Below, one piece after another: positions 17,040 to 26,006 of a DNA stretch of 57,605 bases (the stretch's first letter is position 1; every line of letters begins with the position of its first letter). The translations under genes and the position numbers were made by a program. The stretch is taken from assembly GCA_963997805.1 (NCBI GenBank), contig CAXEOD010000002.1, positions 1 through 57,605 of the forward strand, in the 5' to 3' direction. Under the pieces are notes generated by a model. The model did not search any database, had not been told where the DNA came from, and worked only from the letters and a program-made list of their open reading frames with translations. The DNA is from an uncultured Candidatus Poseidoniales archaeon. Lineage in GTDB: Archaea > Thermoplasmatota > Poseidoniia > Poseidoniales > Thalassarchaeaceae.

Positions 17040-17366
17040 TTATTCACCAACCTGTTGTTTAACCCAATCCGAATATTCGGAACTTGATTGTTCAATTCTG
17101 TGAACTATTTGTGGTACATCATAGGGATGGGACTCAACTAATGTTGAAATTAAAGATTCTTGACGATTTGGGGTGGTTTTGATAGTTAAACGCCATTCAT
17201 CCTCAGACACAATTTCACCTTCCCATGAATATGTCGAATTGATTTTTACACTTTGAACACAAGCCGCTAATTGTTGAGAAATTAATTTCGTTTTCAACTC
17301 CGTTATTTGTTGCGTAGTCCACTCAATTGGCAGAGTGGTGGTAACTACTACGATACTCGCCATCAA
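17040..17366 (-). CDS. cutA: CutA1 divalent-cation tolerance protein
   Basis: VVVTTTLP...LAACVQSVKINSTYSWEGEIVSEDEWRLTIKT...ESHPYDVPQIV matches the CutA1 signature (..S.Y.W.G.i...E..l.iKT...HPYe.Pei). Confidence 0.85.
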   Translation of the reverse strand: MMASIVVVTTTLPIEWTTQQITELKTKLISQQLAACVQSVKINSTYSWEGEIVSEDEWRLTIKTTPNRQESLISTLVESHPYDVPQIVHRIEQSSSEYSDWVKQQVGE

Positions 17367-17471
17367 TCATTAGCGGAAAGTAGGTAGTGCATCAATCTAC
17401 GCCATATGAAAAGAGGAATCAGGCGAACCATTGAAGGCCGATGTGCCGGCGTAGGTTGTAAGGGTGAAACG

Positions 17472-18848
17472 ATGAACGATTCATGGACCAAGCCAATCGT
17501 CACCGGAGAGGTCCCAAATGATGGTTCATCTTTCGATGTAATCGTTGTTGGAGGGGGCCCTGGAGGGGCTGCTGCTGCCGCCTACGCAGCAATAGATGGG
17601 AGTCGTGTTCTTTTACTCGAAAAAGCAGTCTATCCACGAGACAAAATATGTGGCGATGCAGTGGGTGGAAAGTCCCTCAAACACGTCAAAGAGCTTGGAG
17701 TCAAAGCGTTAGTTGAATCTACACCGCATAACCGAGTCACTGGAATTGTCTTTTCATCTGCAAATGGACAACAGATCCATTGCTCACTGCCAGAAGAAGA
17801 AATTGAAAACAAAGAGGCTGGGTACGCTCTTCCTCGAATACAATTCGACTACATGATGTTCTCCCGGGCTAATGATTTGGTGCTCGAAAATGATGGGGCA
17901 GTAATTCAAGACTTCATGGTAACAAATGTTGATGTGGTTGGAGAGGGTAATTCTCAGAAAATTGTTGGCGTCACTGGAATTATTGGGGGGAAGCGCTCAA
18001 AAAATGAACCCCTCACTTTTACTGCACCACTTACTATTGGGGCTGGTGGTTACACCTGCCCAGTAGCAAAAACTGTTACTGAAACCTGCCATAATGAACC
18101 GATGAGAGATGACTTGCATTATTGTGGGGCTTATCGAGAATATTGGGTTGATGTAGGGGGTTGTGAGGGTGATAAAATGCCAATTGAAATACATTTCATC
18201 AAAGAAGTCATTCCTGGTTATTGGTGGATTTTCCCTGTTGGAGTTAATGATGAAGGTAAGACTGTAGTCAATGTTGGAATTGGTATGGTCATCAATGAGA
18301 TGAATAAGCAATCAGTGAAACTTAAGAAATTGCAAAAGTGGGTAATTGAGGAGCACCCTGTCTTCTCAGAGCGATTCAAGAATGCAACCATGATCAAGGG
18401 GAGTGGGAGGGGGCATCAGTTACCATTTGGAAGCCCAAGGAAAAATGCACCATCCTTCCAACCAAGACGCTCGGCCATGGCTGGTGCAATTTGTGTGGGC
18501 GACGCTGCTTCACTCGTCGACCCATTCTCTGGAGAAGGAATCGGAAATGCACTTGTTAGTTCTAAAATTGCTGTTTCACTTTTCGATAAGGATAAACACG
18601 CGGATGGATTGCCAACAGAAATTGCTGACGCATATATGCAAGAGTTGTGGGAAACTCTTGGTCCGGAATTAACTAACAGTTTCAAAATGCAAAAAATGGT
18701 TAGAAAAACTTGGTTAATGAATTGGGTTCTAAAGAAGGCAAATAAAAAACAAGCAGTCAAAGATATGTTAGAGCATTCACTCTCATCTAAAGAAGCGCAA
18801 GAAGAAATGAAGAGCACATGGAATCTTCTAAAATTACTATTATTTTGA
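17472..18848 (+). CDS. Geranylgeranyl reductase family FAD-dependent oxidoreductase (digeranylgeranylglycerophospholipid reductase-like)
   Basis: FDVIVVGGGPGGAAAAAYAA, LLLEKAVYPRDKICGDAVG, GDAASLVDPFSGEGIGNAL. I prefer ATG 17472 as the start (GGGTGA 5 nt upstream). The track ORF starts at 17406. Confidence 0.8.
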   Translation: MNDSWTKPIVTGEVPNDGSSFDVIVVGGGPGGAAAAAYAAIDGSRVLLLEKAVYPRDKICGDAVGGKSLKHVKELGVKALVESTPHNRVTGIVFSSANGQQIHCSLPEEEIENKEAGYALPRIQFDYMMFSRANDLVLENDGAVIQDFMVTNVDVVGEGNSQKIVGVTGIIGGKRSKNEPLTFTAPLTIGAGGYTCPVAKTVTETCHNEPMRDDLHYCGAYREYWVDVGGCEGDKMPIEIHFIKEVIPGYWWIFPVGVNDEGKTVVNVGIGMVINEMNKQSVKLKKLQKWVIEEHPVFSERFKNATMIKGSGRGHQLPFGSPRKNAPSFQPRRSAMAGAICVGDAASLVDPFSGEGIGNALVSSKIAVSLFDKDKHADGLPTEIADAYMQELWETLGPELTNSFKMQKMVRKTWLMNWVLKKANKKQAVKDMLEHSLSSKEAQEEMKSTWNLLKLLLF

Positions 18849-18857
18849 GGTAATAGA

Positions 18858-19631
18858 ATGGAAAAGTCACTAGATGGAATTAAGGTGGTTTTCCTTGACC
18901 TCGATGGAACCATCTATCTTGGTAGCAACTTAATTGATGGTGCTGTTGAATTTCTAAATAGATGTGAAGAAAAAGGTGTTCAGCGCTTCTTTCTGTCAAA
19001 TAATTCCTCAAAATCTGTTACAGAATATTTGGAAAAACTGCATGGATTTGGAATCACTGCAGAAGCAAATGATGTGTTACTCTCAACTCACGATCTACTC
19101 TCCTGGTTAGGTAAAAAAGGAGTTACTGAAACCTATTTGGTTGGCACCGAAGGAATGCGTTCAATGCTTGAAGAGGTTGGGATTTCAACACATAGTAACG
19201 AACCACAATACGTAGTCCTTGGCTATGACACTCAAATTAATTATGATAAATTAGCAACAGCATCAGTTCACCTTCACAATGGGGTCCCATTAGTAGCATC
19301 ACACCCTGATATGGTCTGCCCTTCCCCAGATGGCGGACTACCAGATGTTGGCGCTTATCTCGCTCTTTTCAAAACTACAACTGGTGTTGAGCCAACCCAT
19401 ATTTGCGGGAAACCAAATGCTGGAATGATACAGCACAAGATTGAGGAATTGGGATTACAATCAGCAGAATGTGCAATGGTTGGTGACCGTCTTTACACCG
19501 ATATGGAAATGGCTGCGCGAGCTGGTGTAGTTGGTGTTCTCGTGCTTTCTGGTGAAGCAACTCTTGATGATTTGGAAGCAGCACCACAAACCCCTGACGT
19601 TGTTGTGAAATCAGTTGCAGAATTGCTTTAA
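18858..19631 (+). CDS. HAD-superfamily hydrolase, subfamily IIA (NagD/PGP-phosphatase-like)
   Basis: VFLDLDGTIYLG (motif I), FLSNNSSKS (motif II), CGKPN (Lys motif), MVGDRLYTDM (motif IV). Confidence 0.8.
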   Translation: MEKSLDGIKVVFLDLDGTIYLGSNLIDGAVEFLNRCEEKGVQRFFLSNNSSKSVTEYLEKLHGFGITAEANDVLLSTHDLLSWLGKKGVTETYLVGTEGMRSMLEEVGISTHSNEPQYVVLGYDTQINYDKLATASVHLHNGVPLVASHPDMVCPSPDGGLPDVGAYLALFKTTTGVEPTHICGKPNAGMIQHKIEELGLQSAECAMVGDRLYTDMEMAARAGVVGVLVLSGEATLDDLEAAPQTPDVVVKSVAELL

Positions 19632-19720
19632 CGATTTAATTCACATAATTAACGCAACGATGATTTTGCCTGGTGGGAATTTGGCAAATTGTGTTTATAG
19701 TTGAATGGAGTCGGAGGATT

Positions 19721-20773
19721 ATGGCTAAAAAGGCAATTGTAAGCATAATGCTCTCCATGATACTTCTGTTTTCAGGATGTATTGGTGGTGATAGCACGGT
19801 TATAGATGATGAAAATAACCAGATCAGTGACGAATGGGATGTCTACTATGTGGACTCAGGAGATGATTTGCCCGCATGTGGTTCAACCACACTGGGACGA
19901 CTATACTATGTCGCTTCTACTGCTGGTTTTGAGACCTGTACAAGTGCTGGTTGGGCCTTTGTTGACCTAACTGGTCCTGCTGGAAACAACGGCACCGATG
20001 GTGCTCAGGGTCCTGCGGGTGATGTTGGTGCTACCGGTCCTGCTGGTGCGGGCGGCGGTGCTGATGGAACTGACGGAACTGACGGAATGTCTGCTCTAGC
20101 TATTACAAGCGTTGAATCTGCTGGCACAAACTGCGCTGATGGTGGCCTCAAGATTGAGGTTGGTGTGGATGATAATGGAAATGGAGTTCTTGAAGCGAGC
20201 GAAGTTGAACACACTCAATACATCTGTAACGGTGAAGATGGTCAAGATGGACAGGATGGTGCCGACGGAAGCGCTTCTCCCAACACCATGCTAACCAGTA
20301 TTTCATCTCCTGCGACATCATTGGGATGCACTGCAGGTGGACGGGTCATCGCTCAAGGTCTTGACAACGGAGATGGTGGAGGGATCACCCAAAACGGTGT
20401 TCTTGAATCTGGTGAGGTTGACTACACCACCACTTATTGTAGCGCATATGAAATCTTGCAGGTGGTTGATATCCACCCCGGCCCCGCCAATGGAGGTAGT
20501 AGTAACTCTGGACAATACATGGAAATATTGGTCGGTGATACGCTATTCTTCAGTGCGGATGATGGAAGCAGCGGCCGCGAACTGTGGGCGCACGACACCT
20601 CCAACTCCTCGACCTGGCAGGTGGCTGATATCTACAGTGGGTCGGGCCACAGTTACCCCGGAGAATACATGACAATATTGGTCGGTGACACGCTATACTT
20701 CGACGCGCACGACGCCCGCAACGGTCGCGAGTTGTGGGTCATGGACATCGAGCACAGTATCATTTACGATTAA
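19721..20773 (+). CDS. Secreted lipobox protein with collagen-like GXY tracts, CxxGG...NGxLexxEv...YxCNG modules and two C-terminal ELWxxD repeats
   Basis: [20 protein letters not shown] signal/lipobox, with GGAGTCGGAGG upstream of ATG 19721. [27 protein letters not shown] and [13 protein letters not shown] are GXY runs. [34 protein letters not shown] is followed by a second similar module. Ends with GRELWAHD...GRELWVMD. Confidence 0.7.
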   Translation: MAKKAIVSIMLSMILLFSGCIGGDSTVIDDENNQISDEWDVYYVDSGDDLPACGSTTLGRLYYVASTAGFETCTSAGWAFVDLTGPAGNNGTDGAQGPAGDVGATGPAGAGGGADGTDGTDGMSALAITSVESAGTNCADGGLKIEVGVDDNGNGVLEASEVEHTQYICNGEDGQDGQDGADGSASPNTMLTSISSPATSLGCTAGGRVIAQGLDNGDGGGITQNGVLESGEVDYTTTYCSAYEILQVVDIHPGPANGGSSNSGQYMEILVGDTLFFSADDGSSGRELWAHDTSNSSTWQVADIYSGSGHSYPGEYMTILVGDTLYFDAHDARNGRELWVMDIEHSIIYD

Positions 20774-20796
20774 TTCAATACAAAATTAGGCTTAAA

Positions 20797-22593
20797 TTAC
20801 TCCACTAGTTGGGGAGTGATGAGAACATTGCTACCGTCGCGATGAATGATTGGTAATTGGAACATCGATAAAGAAGGCAATACGTGAACGATGCAGGCGT
20901 TTCCGCATGCAGGAGCGAGATAATCCTCACCAGTCTCTGTTAAGATCAATCGAATACCATGTCCTGCTGGTATGATGGCATCAATTGCTTGGAATTCCAT
21001 CATCATCGTTATTTGAGAACCGGGGATGACTGTTGTAGCATCATAGCCCCCTTCATGATAGCGAACATCCATGGTTGCGTGACCAATCCTCATCCCTGTT
21101 TCAGCATCTTGCATTTCAACGAATACTTGCCCGCCATTGTAAGAAGGAACTGCTTCAAGGTGAAATCGGACCAAGCCTGCGATATGTGTTTCATAAGTCT
21201 CGTTAAGTGCTGGGCAGGTGACTGTTGTAGTCTGTACATTACCACCAATAACTGGGAATCCTGATACAAATGCATCTTCAACCTCACATTCATCCATCGC
21301 AACATCTTGCCACTCAATATCTTGAGGAGGCCATGTTTCCTCAATTCTCCATTCACCATCGTTACGTTGTACTTGGGTGTGGAGACTAGGGGCTGGGCCT
21401 ATGTCTTTGAGATAGTACTCCATCCATTCAAACAAATCTTGTGCCCAATCCCAGCGAGTCATGTTGTGAATCGCCTCACCACCATATCCTGAATCCTGTG
21501 CGTTGTGTTTTGTCCATTGGTCGGGATAATTGTGCTCCCATTGGCCAATCATCCCTGCGACGTCGTAACCATTGTCGATATACTCTTGATACCAATTAGT
21601 TCCAGGGGGGCCTCCAAATACTTGATGGGGGTCTACATTCCAATCTTGTAATCCTTGAACCCAATAGATACTACCATTGTATTTGCCGAGTGCTTTGTCA
21701 ATGTGACTTCGCTCATCGTAGTAATTGTCCATGTATGGGTCCAACTCACCAAGCCCGTAGCGCGTTGGCCCTGCAAGGAATCCTTCCAAAACATCCGCAC
21801 ACATGTTGTCAAGATCATCGTCATCATAATCAAGAATACTGCCACCATAGTTGCTATGCATCACTTGACTACGTGCTTCGGCACTACCATTCTTGTAAAG
21901 AAGTGGACCTAATGCAGTAGTTCCTGAAATAGGAACTATTGTCTTGAGATGTGAACTACCTTGGGCTGCAGCTTCCCATGCAGTTGCTCCTTCGTATGAT
22001 TTACCATAAATGGCGACATTTCCATTACTCCAATTCTGTGTACCAAGCCATTCTACTGCTGTGTGGATACTGAGGCCTTCACCATCACCACGGTAATCAA
22101 AACAACCTGTGCTATCTTCTGTAGCGAATACTGCAACCTGCGCGAAGGCGTAACCATGGGGTACGAAATTATCGAAGATGAATTCGCCACGGCCACCTCC
22201 TACAATGTTTGTAGGAGTAGATTCATCACCCGGTTGGCCAAATGAAAAGTAAGGACTTACTACAGCGATGACTGGAACTTGTTCCCCTTCTACAGTGTTA
22301 GACGGTAACCAATACGAAAGATGCACTTCTGCAGTGCTGGGGCCGCCTTCCCATACCCCGGCTGTGTTGACTTCTATGGTCGCTTCTTGTACCTCAAGTG
22401 CATAGTGTGGACCTGGGTTGAGAAGGAAACTGTGGGTATGTGATGTGTTCCACTCAAGTGTATTTCTATCCCATATTGAAGGATAGTAATCTTCTTCGGA
22501 ATTGTCTATTTTTTCATTATTACCAAGGCAACCAGAAAATGGAATTAACAGTAAAATTAGAGAGAGAATTATTGCACGAAACTCTCTATTCAT
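20797..22593 (-). CDS. Secreted X-Pro dipeptidyl-peptidase (S15) / CocE-NonD family hydrolase, lipobox signal
   Basis: MNREFRAIILSLILLLIPFSGC signal. Nucleophile elbow IYGKSYEGATAW (GxSxG) inside an alpha/beta-hydrolase part, and a C-terminal beta-sandwich-like region typical of the CocE/NonD family. Confidence 0.75.
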   Translation of the reverse strand: MNREFRAIILSLILLLIPFSGCLGNNEKIDNSEEDYYPSIWDRNTLEWNTSHTHSFLLNPGPHYALEVQEATIEVNTAGVWEGGPSTAEVHLSYWLPSNTVEGEQVPVIAVVSPYFSFGQPGDESTPTNIVGGGRGEFIFDNFVPHGYAFAQVAVFATEDSTGCFDYRGDGEGLSIHTAVEWLGTQNWSNGNVAIYGKSYEGATAWEAAAQGSSHLKTIVPISGTTALGPLLYKNGSAEARSQVMHSNYGGSILDYDDDDLDNMCADVLEGFLAGPTRYGLGELDPYMDNYYDERSHIDKALGKYNGSIYWVQGLQDWNVDPHQVFGGPPGTNWYQEYIDNGYDVAGMIGQWEHNYPDQWTKHNAQDSGYGGEAIHNMTRWDWAQDLFEWMEYYLKDIGPAPSLHTQVQRNDGEWRIEETWPPQDIEWQDVAMDECEVEDAFVSGFPVIGGNVQTTTVTCPALNETYETHIAGLVRFHLEAVPSYNGGQVFVEMQDAETGMRIGHATMDVRYHEGGYDATTVIPGSQITMMMEFQAIDAIIPAGHGIRLILTETGEDYLAPACGNACIVHVLPSLSMFQLPIIHRDGSNVLITPQLVE

Positions 22594-22671
22594 GATTCTA
22601 GGCGGGGGCTCATTCGCTTGAAGTTGATGTTGGGTGATGTTTTCATGGTTAATTGTGTGCGGGTAGTTATG

Positions 22672-23697
22672 GCAGGGGTTGTGTTAGTCACGGGTGCTAG
22701 TGGGTACATTGGTAGCCACATCGTTGCTAATCTACTTGCTAGAGGACGAAATGTACGTGCGTCGTTAAGGGCGCCGGATGACCCTGAAAGAGTGGAGCAT
22801 TTACTGGCTCTTCCTATTGGTGAAGGTGGTTCACTAGATGTTGTCAAGATGGATCTTTTTGATGCTGAACAAGTCAAGGCTGCGGTGGCTGGTTGTAGTG
22901 ATGTGATACACGCTGCCGCTGCTCTTTATGTTGGCAAATCTGACCCGCAAAAAGATGTGGTGGACCCATCATTAATTGGTACTCAAAATATCTGTGATGC
23001 AATTGATGCAACAGATTCCGTAAAACGACTTGTTCACACCTCATCTACTGCTGCTATCAGACCAACGAAATATGAAAATGGAGTTTGTTTTACATCTGAA
23101 TCTTGGGCTGATGATGCGACTGTTGAGAATAATGCGTATGGATTAGCCAAGGCTGGTGCTGAAAAATTGGTCAGAGAATGGCACGCTAACAAAGATGAAA
23201 ATACACGCCCCAGGCTTGTCACCATTCACCCGTGTGTTGTATTTGGTCCTCCATTATCAAAGCGACATTTGGGTGGTAGCCTTTCGTATATTGAAGCGCT
23301 GTATAAGCGCACGATGCCAAAATCGCTTCCTGTTCATATCAACATTGTAGATGTTCGAGATGTTGCTGAATCACACGTTCGAGCACTGACTGAAGGAGAG
23401 CCTTGTGGTAGATATTTGGTAATTGGTGGCGACATGTGGATGAAGGACGTGGCTGATATTTTACGAACTGCTTACCCAGAGAGAAAATGGCCAAAGGGGG
23501 TTCTTCCTTACTCTATATGCTTGATTGCAGCTATATTTCACCCAAAAATAAGTCTAAAATGGGCTAGGGAATCATTACGGCGGCATTGCACATATGATGC
23601 GACTCCAGCAAAACAAGAGTTGTCAATGGTGTTCCGACCAATAAATGAATCCATAATTGACTCAATCCCACCGATAATTGACAATAACTGGGCATGA
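22672..23697 (+). CDS. NAD(P)-dependent extended SDR (epimerase/dehydratase; cinnamoyl-CoA/dihydroflavonol reductase-like)
   Basis: VLVTGASGYIGSHIV Rossmann motif, HTSS, and YGLAKAGAE (YxxxK). I prefer ATG 22672 (MAGVVLVTGASG). The track ORF starts at 22618. Confidence 0.8.
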   Translation, partial: AGVVLVTGASGYIGSHIVANLLARGRNVRASLRAPDDPERVEHLLALPIGEGGSLDVVKMDLFDAEQVKAAVAGCSDVIHAAAALYVGKSDPQKDVVDPSLIGTQNICDAIDATDSVKRLVHTSSTAAIRPTKYENGVCFTSESWADDATVENNAYGLAKAGAEKLVREWHANKDENTRPRLVTIHPCVVFGPPLSKRHLGGSLSYIEALYKRTMPKSLPVHINIVDVRDVAESHVRALTEGEPCGRYLVIGGDMWMKDVADILRTAYPERKWPKGVLPYSICLIAAIFHPKISLKWARESLRRHCTYDATPAKQELSMVFRPINESIIDSIPPIIDNNWA

Positions 23698-23734
23698 GGA
23701 AACTTTGAGGGATGTCACCCTGCCCACTCGCTTG

Positions 23735-24541
23735 ATGCAACCTAGCGAAGTGTGGGGTGAGCGATGGAATTCAAACCCTAATCCATTGGCTAGGCAATGG
23801 ATGGAAACTGTAGTCAGTAAGCAAAGCATGGTGGTCTTAGCGGCTGACCGTTACACGATGGCTGGTCTAACTGAATTGCTTGAGGATGTCAGCCCTCATG
23901 TGGCGGCGCTCAAAACTCATGTTGATTTGGTAGAAGATTGGACAGCAGAAAGTTGGGCTGAATTTTGTGACAAGGCTAAAGACGCTGACATGTTAATATT
24001 CGAGGATAGAAAACATGGTGATATTGGTAAAATTGCTCGTGACCAAATGGGTGGGGTGTATGACTCTCGCTCTTGGGCTGACTTGATGACTGCTCACTTA
24101 ATCTCTGGTCCATCTGTGCTTGATGGTATGGCTGAAGGGTGGGGTAAAGTTGGCAGGCATGGTGGAGTTCTTTTGCTTGCTCAGATGAGTAGTGCTGGCA
24201 ATCTTTTGGAAATACCAGGATATACTGATGCTGTTGTTGAGGCTGGAAAAGAGCATCCTGCTTGCTTTGGTTTCATTGGCAATGGTTCGCGAGCGAATGA
24301 GTTGGTAGAATTACGTAAAAAAGTTGGTGAAGTCAAGATGATTTGGACACCGGGTGTGAATCTAGTGACTGGTGATGCTGAACTTGGTCAGCGATATGGT
24401 GACCCGACTGAAGCGGTTTTGGCCGGTTCTGATGGTATCATTGTTGGAAGCGGGATTCATCGCGCTGACAATCCAACTGAAGCGGCAAAATCGTATGCTG
24501 ATGTTTCTTGGAATGCTTTACTTCGGCGCAGTGGTCTTTGA
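23735..24541 (+). CDS. pyrF: Orotidine 5'-phosphate decarboxylase (eukaryote/archaeal-type PyrF)
   Basis: ERW.S.PNPLARQWMETVVSKQSMVVLAAD (cf. yeast [30 protein letters not shown]), KTHVDL, and FEDRKHGDIGK (cf. FEDRKFADIGNT). I prefer ATG 23735. The track TTG at 23678 overlaps the SDR gene. Confidence 0.85.
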   Translation: MQPSEVWGERWNSNPNPLARQWMETVVSKQSMVVLAADRYTMAGLTELLEDVSPHVAALKTHVDLVEDWTAESWAEFCDKAKDADMLIFEDRKHGDIGKIARDQMGGVYDSRSWADLMTAHLISGPSVLDGMAEGWGKVGRHGGVLLLAQMSSAGNLLEIPGYTDAVVEAGKEHPACFGFIGNGSRANELVELRKKVGEVKMIWTPGVNLVTGDAELGQRYGDPTEAVLAGSDGIIVGSGIHRADNPTEAAKSYADVSWNALLRRSGL

Positions 24542-24580
24542 AGCGGAAGATTGACAGGAGTCTATGCTCCTCCGATTCTC

Positions 24581-24889
24581 ATGGGGGAAGGTGATATTGT
24601 GCTGTGGATGGTTGCCGCTGCTATCACTGTTGGACTCATTTTAGTGGCTGGATGGCAAGTTTGGATTCACAGCCAATTAGACGCAAGAATTGCCGCTTGT
24701 GACCCTGGGTTACTGAGTAGTGTGTCGCATAAAGTGGAAACTTCAACTGATGCTCCTGTTGGTTCTGTTGTTGTGCCTTATGTTCCGGTTCAATTAGTTC
24801 CACTCAATGTACTGAATACCCCTACTGGGGCTCATCGGCCACAACTTGAATCACATCAACAACCGTTGTTGAATGAACCTAAGTTCTGA
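24581..24889 (+). CDS. Small single-pass membrane protein, hypothetical
   Basis: One clear TM helix (IVLWMVAAAITVGLILVAGWQVW). ATG 24581 is in frame with the track ORF (TTG 24551). No homology recognised, so weak support. Confidence 0.35.
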   Translation: MGEGDIVLWMVAAAITVGLILVAGWQVWIHSQLDARIAACDPGLLSSVSHKVETSTDAPVGSVVVPYVPVQLVPLNVLNTPTGAHRPQLESHQQPLLNEPKF

Positions 24890-25537
24890 CTATAATGGGA
24901 TATATCCCATGGTATACAACCCATAGCCAATCGCTCCGGCGGAGCCAAAGAACAACAAAATCGCCAGTATTAACAATCTTTTACCCTTTTTTCTTCGCTT
25001 AGGCGGCGGACCCAATGCAGGTAAGGCAGAGGGAGGGGGCGGTTCGGGTAACCCATCTAATTCAATGGTTACATCAACATCAACATCAGCATCAACATCT
25101 GGATACAACTGGTCAAGATCTTCAATCCCTGGTGCATCTGGTATGTCTCCCATAACCAAATCCCAAACCTCATCTATTGAGGATTGAGTAACCGGTTTTT
25201 GAAGCAATGCAACAGCGCCGGCACTAAATGCTGCATCTTCAGCTAACTCTAACTTGTTTCTTGGTGTGGTGAAAATAACTCTTGTATCCCGCCTAGATTC
25301 TCTCATTTCTAAAGCAGCTACATGACCATCAAGGCCAGGGATGTCTAAGGAAATGATGACTAAATCGGGTTGCTCTGTGATGAAAATATCAACTGCTTTA
25401 TCTCCATTTTTGCACTCAATTATACGATAATTTCTCTGGCGAAATATTTCATTCATGCGATACAATGCCATCTCGTTGTTATCAACTAACAGCGCGAGGG
25501 GGGCTTCTTCATCGGTGACTTCAGTAACTCGGACCAT
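24890..25537 (-). CDS. Response-regulator receiver (CheY-like REC) domain protein with Pro-rich linker and C-terminal transmembrane anchor
   Basis: LLVDNN (acidic pocket), LVIISLDIPGLDG (phospho-acceptor Asp), VIFTT (Thr) and LLQKPV (Lys-Pro). These are followed by DVDADVDVDV, PEPPPPSALPALGPPPKRRKKGKR and the TM helix LLILAILLFFGSAGAIGYGLY. ATG 25537 has AGGAGGGGA 5 nt upstream. The track ORF extends to 25615 and overlaps the upstream gene. Confidence 0.7.
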   Translation of the reverse strand: MVRVTEVTDEEAPLALLVDNNEMALYRMNEIFRQRNYRIIECKNGDKAVDIFITEQPDLVIISLDIPGLDGHVAALEMRESRRDTRVIFTTPRNKLELAEDAAFSAGAVALLQKPVTQSSIDEVWDLVMGDIPDAPGIEDLDQLYPDVDADVDVDVTIELDGLPEPPPPSALPALGPPPKRRKKGKRLLILAILLFFGSAGAIGYGLYTMGYIPL

Positions 25538-25589
25538 TGGCTCCCCTCCTTTACAGGCCACAATTGTTGTACACATCAAAGGAACGGTA

Positions 25590-25973
25590 TCATTCCTCTT
25601 CTGATTTCGCTTCATCAGTGAGTACTTCTGCAGGTGCTTCGGATGGTTCTGTGAAAGTCTTTTTCAATTCTTCAGCATCTTGTTCTTCGGCCTTTTTGGT
25701 TGCAATATCTTTCGGGGCTTGAACAAATGTCATACGCATTTCAGTAACGATTCCTTTGAGTAAATTGGTTTCCATTTCGTCAATATTGCCTTCAGTTCGC
25801 TTCTGAATGACTGCAATCAAATCAATGGCTGCTTTTGCTTCTGCGACGTTTACTGAATGATTTCCTTCGTGGTCTGGCATTTTACCAAGAGCAACTAGGG
25901 CTGAGCGTTGTAACATTTGGATCAATCCAAAGAATTGTTGGCTTTCTTCGCTCTGTAAAAATTCATCAACCAT
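25590..25973 (-). CDS. DUF1844-like small acidic protein
   Basis: FFGLIQMLQRSALVALGKMPDHEGNHSVNVAEAKAAIDLIAVIQKRTEGNIDEMETNLLKGIVTEMRMTFV follows my recollection of the DUF1844 consensus (F..L...L...AL..LG......g....l..Ak..IDlL..L..KT.GNL...E..lL...L..LRm.yv). Confidence 0.65.
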   Translation of the reverse strand: MVDEFLQSEESQQFFGLIQMLQRSALVALGKMPDHEGNHSVNVAEAKAAIDLIAVIQKRTEGNIDEMETNLLKGIVTEMRMTFVQAPKDIATKKAEEQDAEELKKTFTEPSEAPAEVLTDEAKSEEE

Positions 25974-26006
25974 TGTTAATCACCTTCAAAATATGCTAAT
26001 CTTCAC

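Noticed and set aside
25060-25105. Hexanucleotide (GATGTT)n-like microsatellite, encoding the DVDADVDVDV stretch of the REC-TM protein
   Set aside because: It is short and imperfect and lies in a linker. It is probably just low-complexity coding sequence. It could vary in length between strains, but there is no evidence here.
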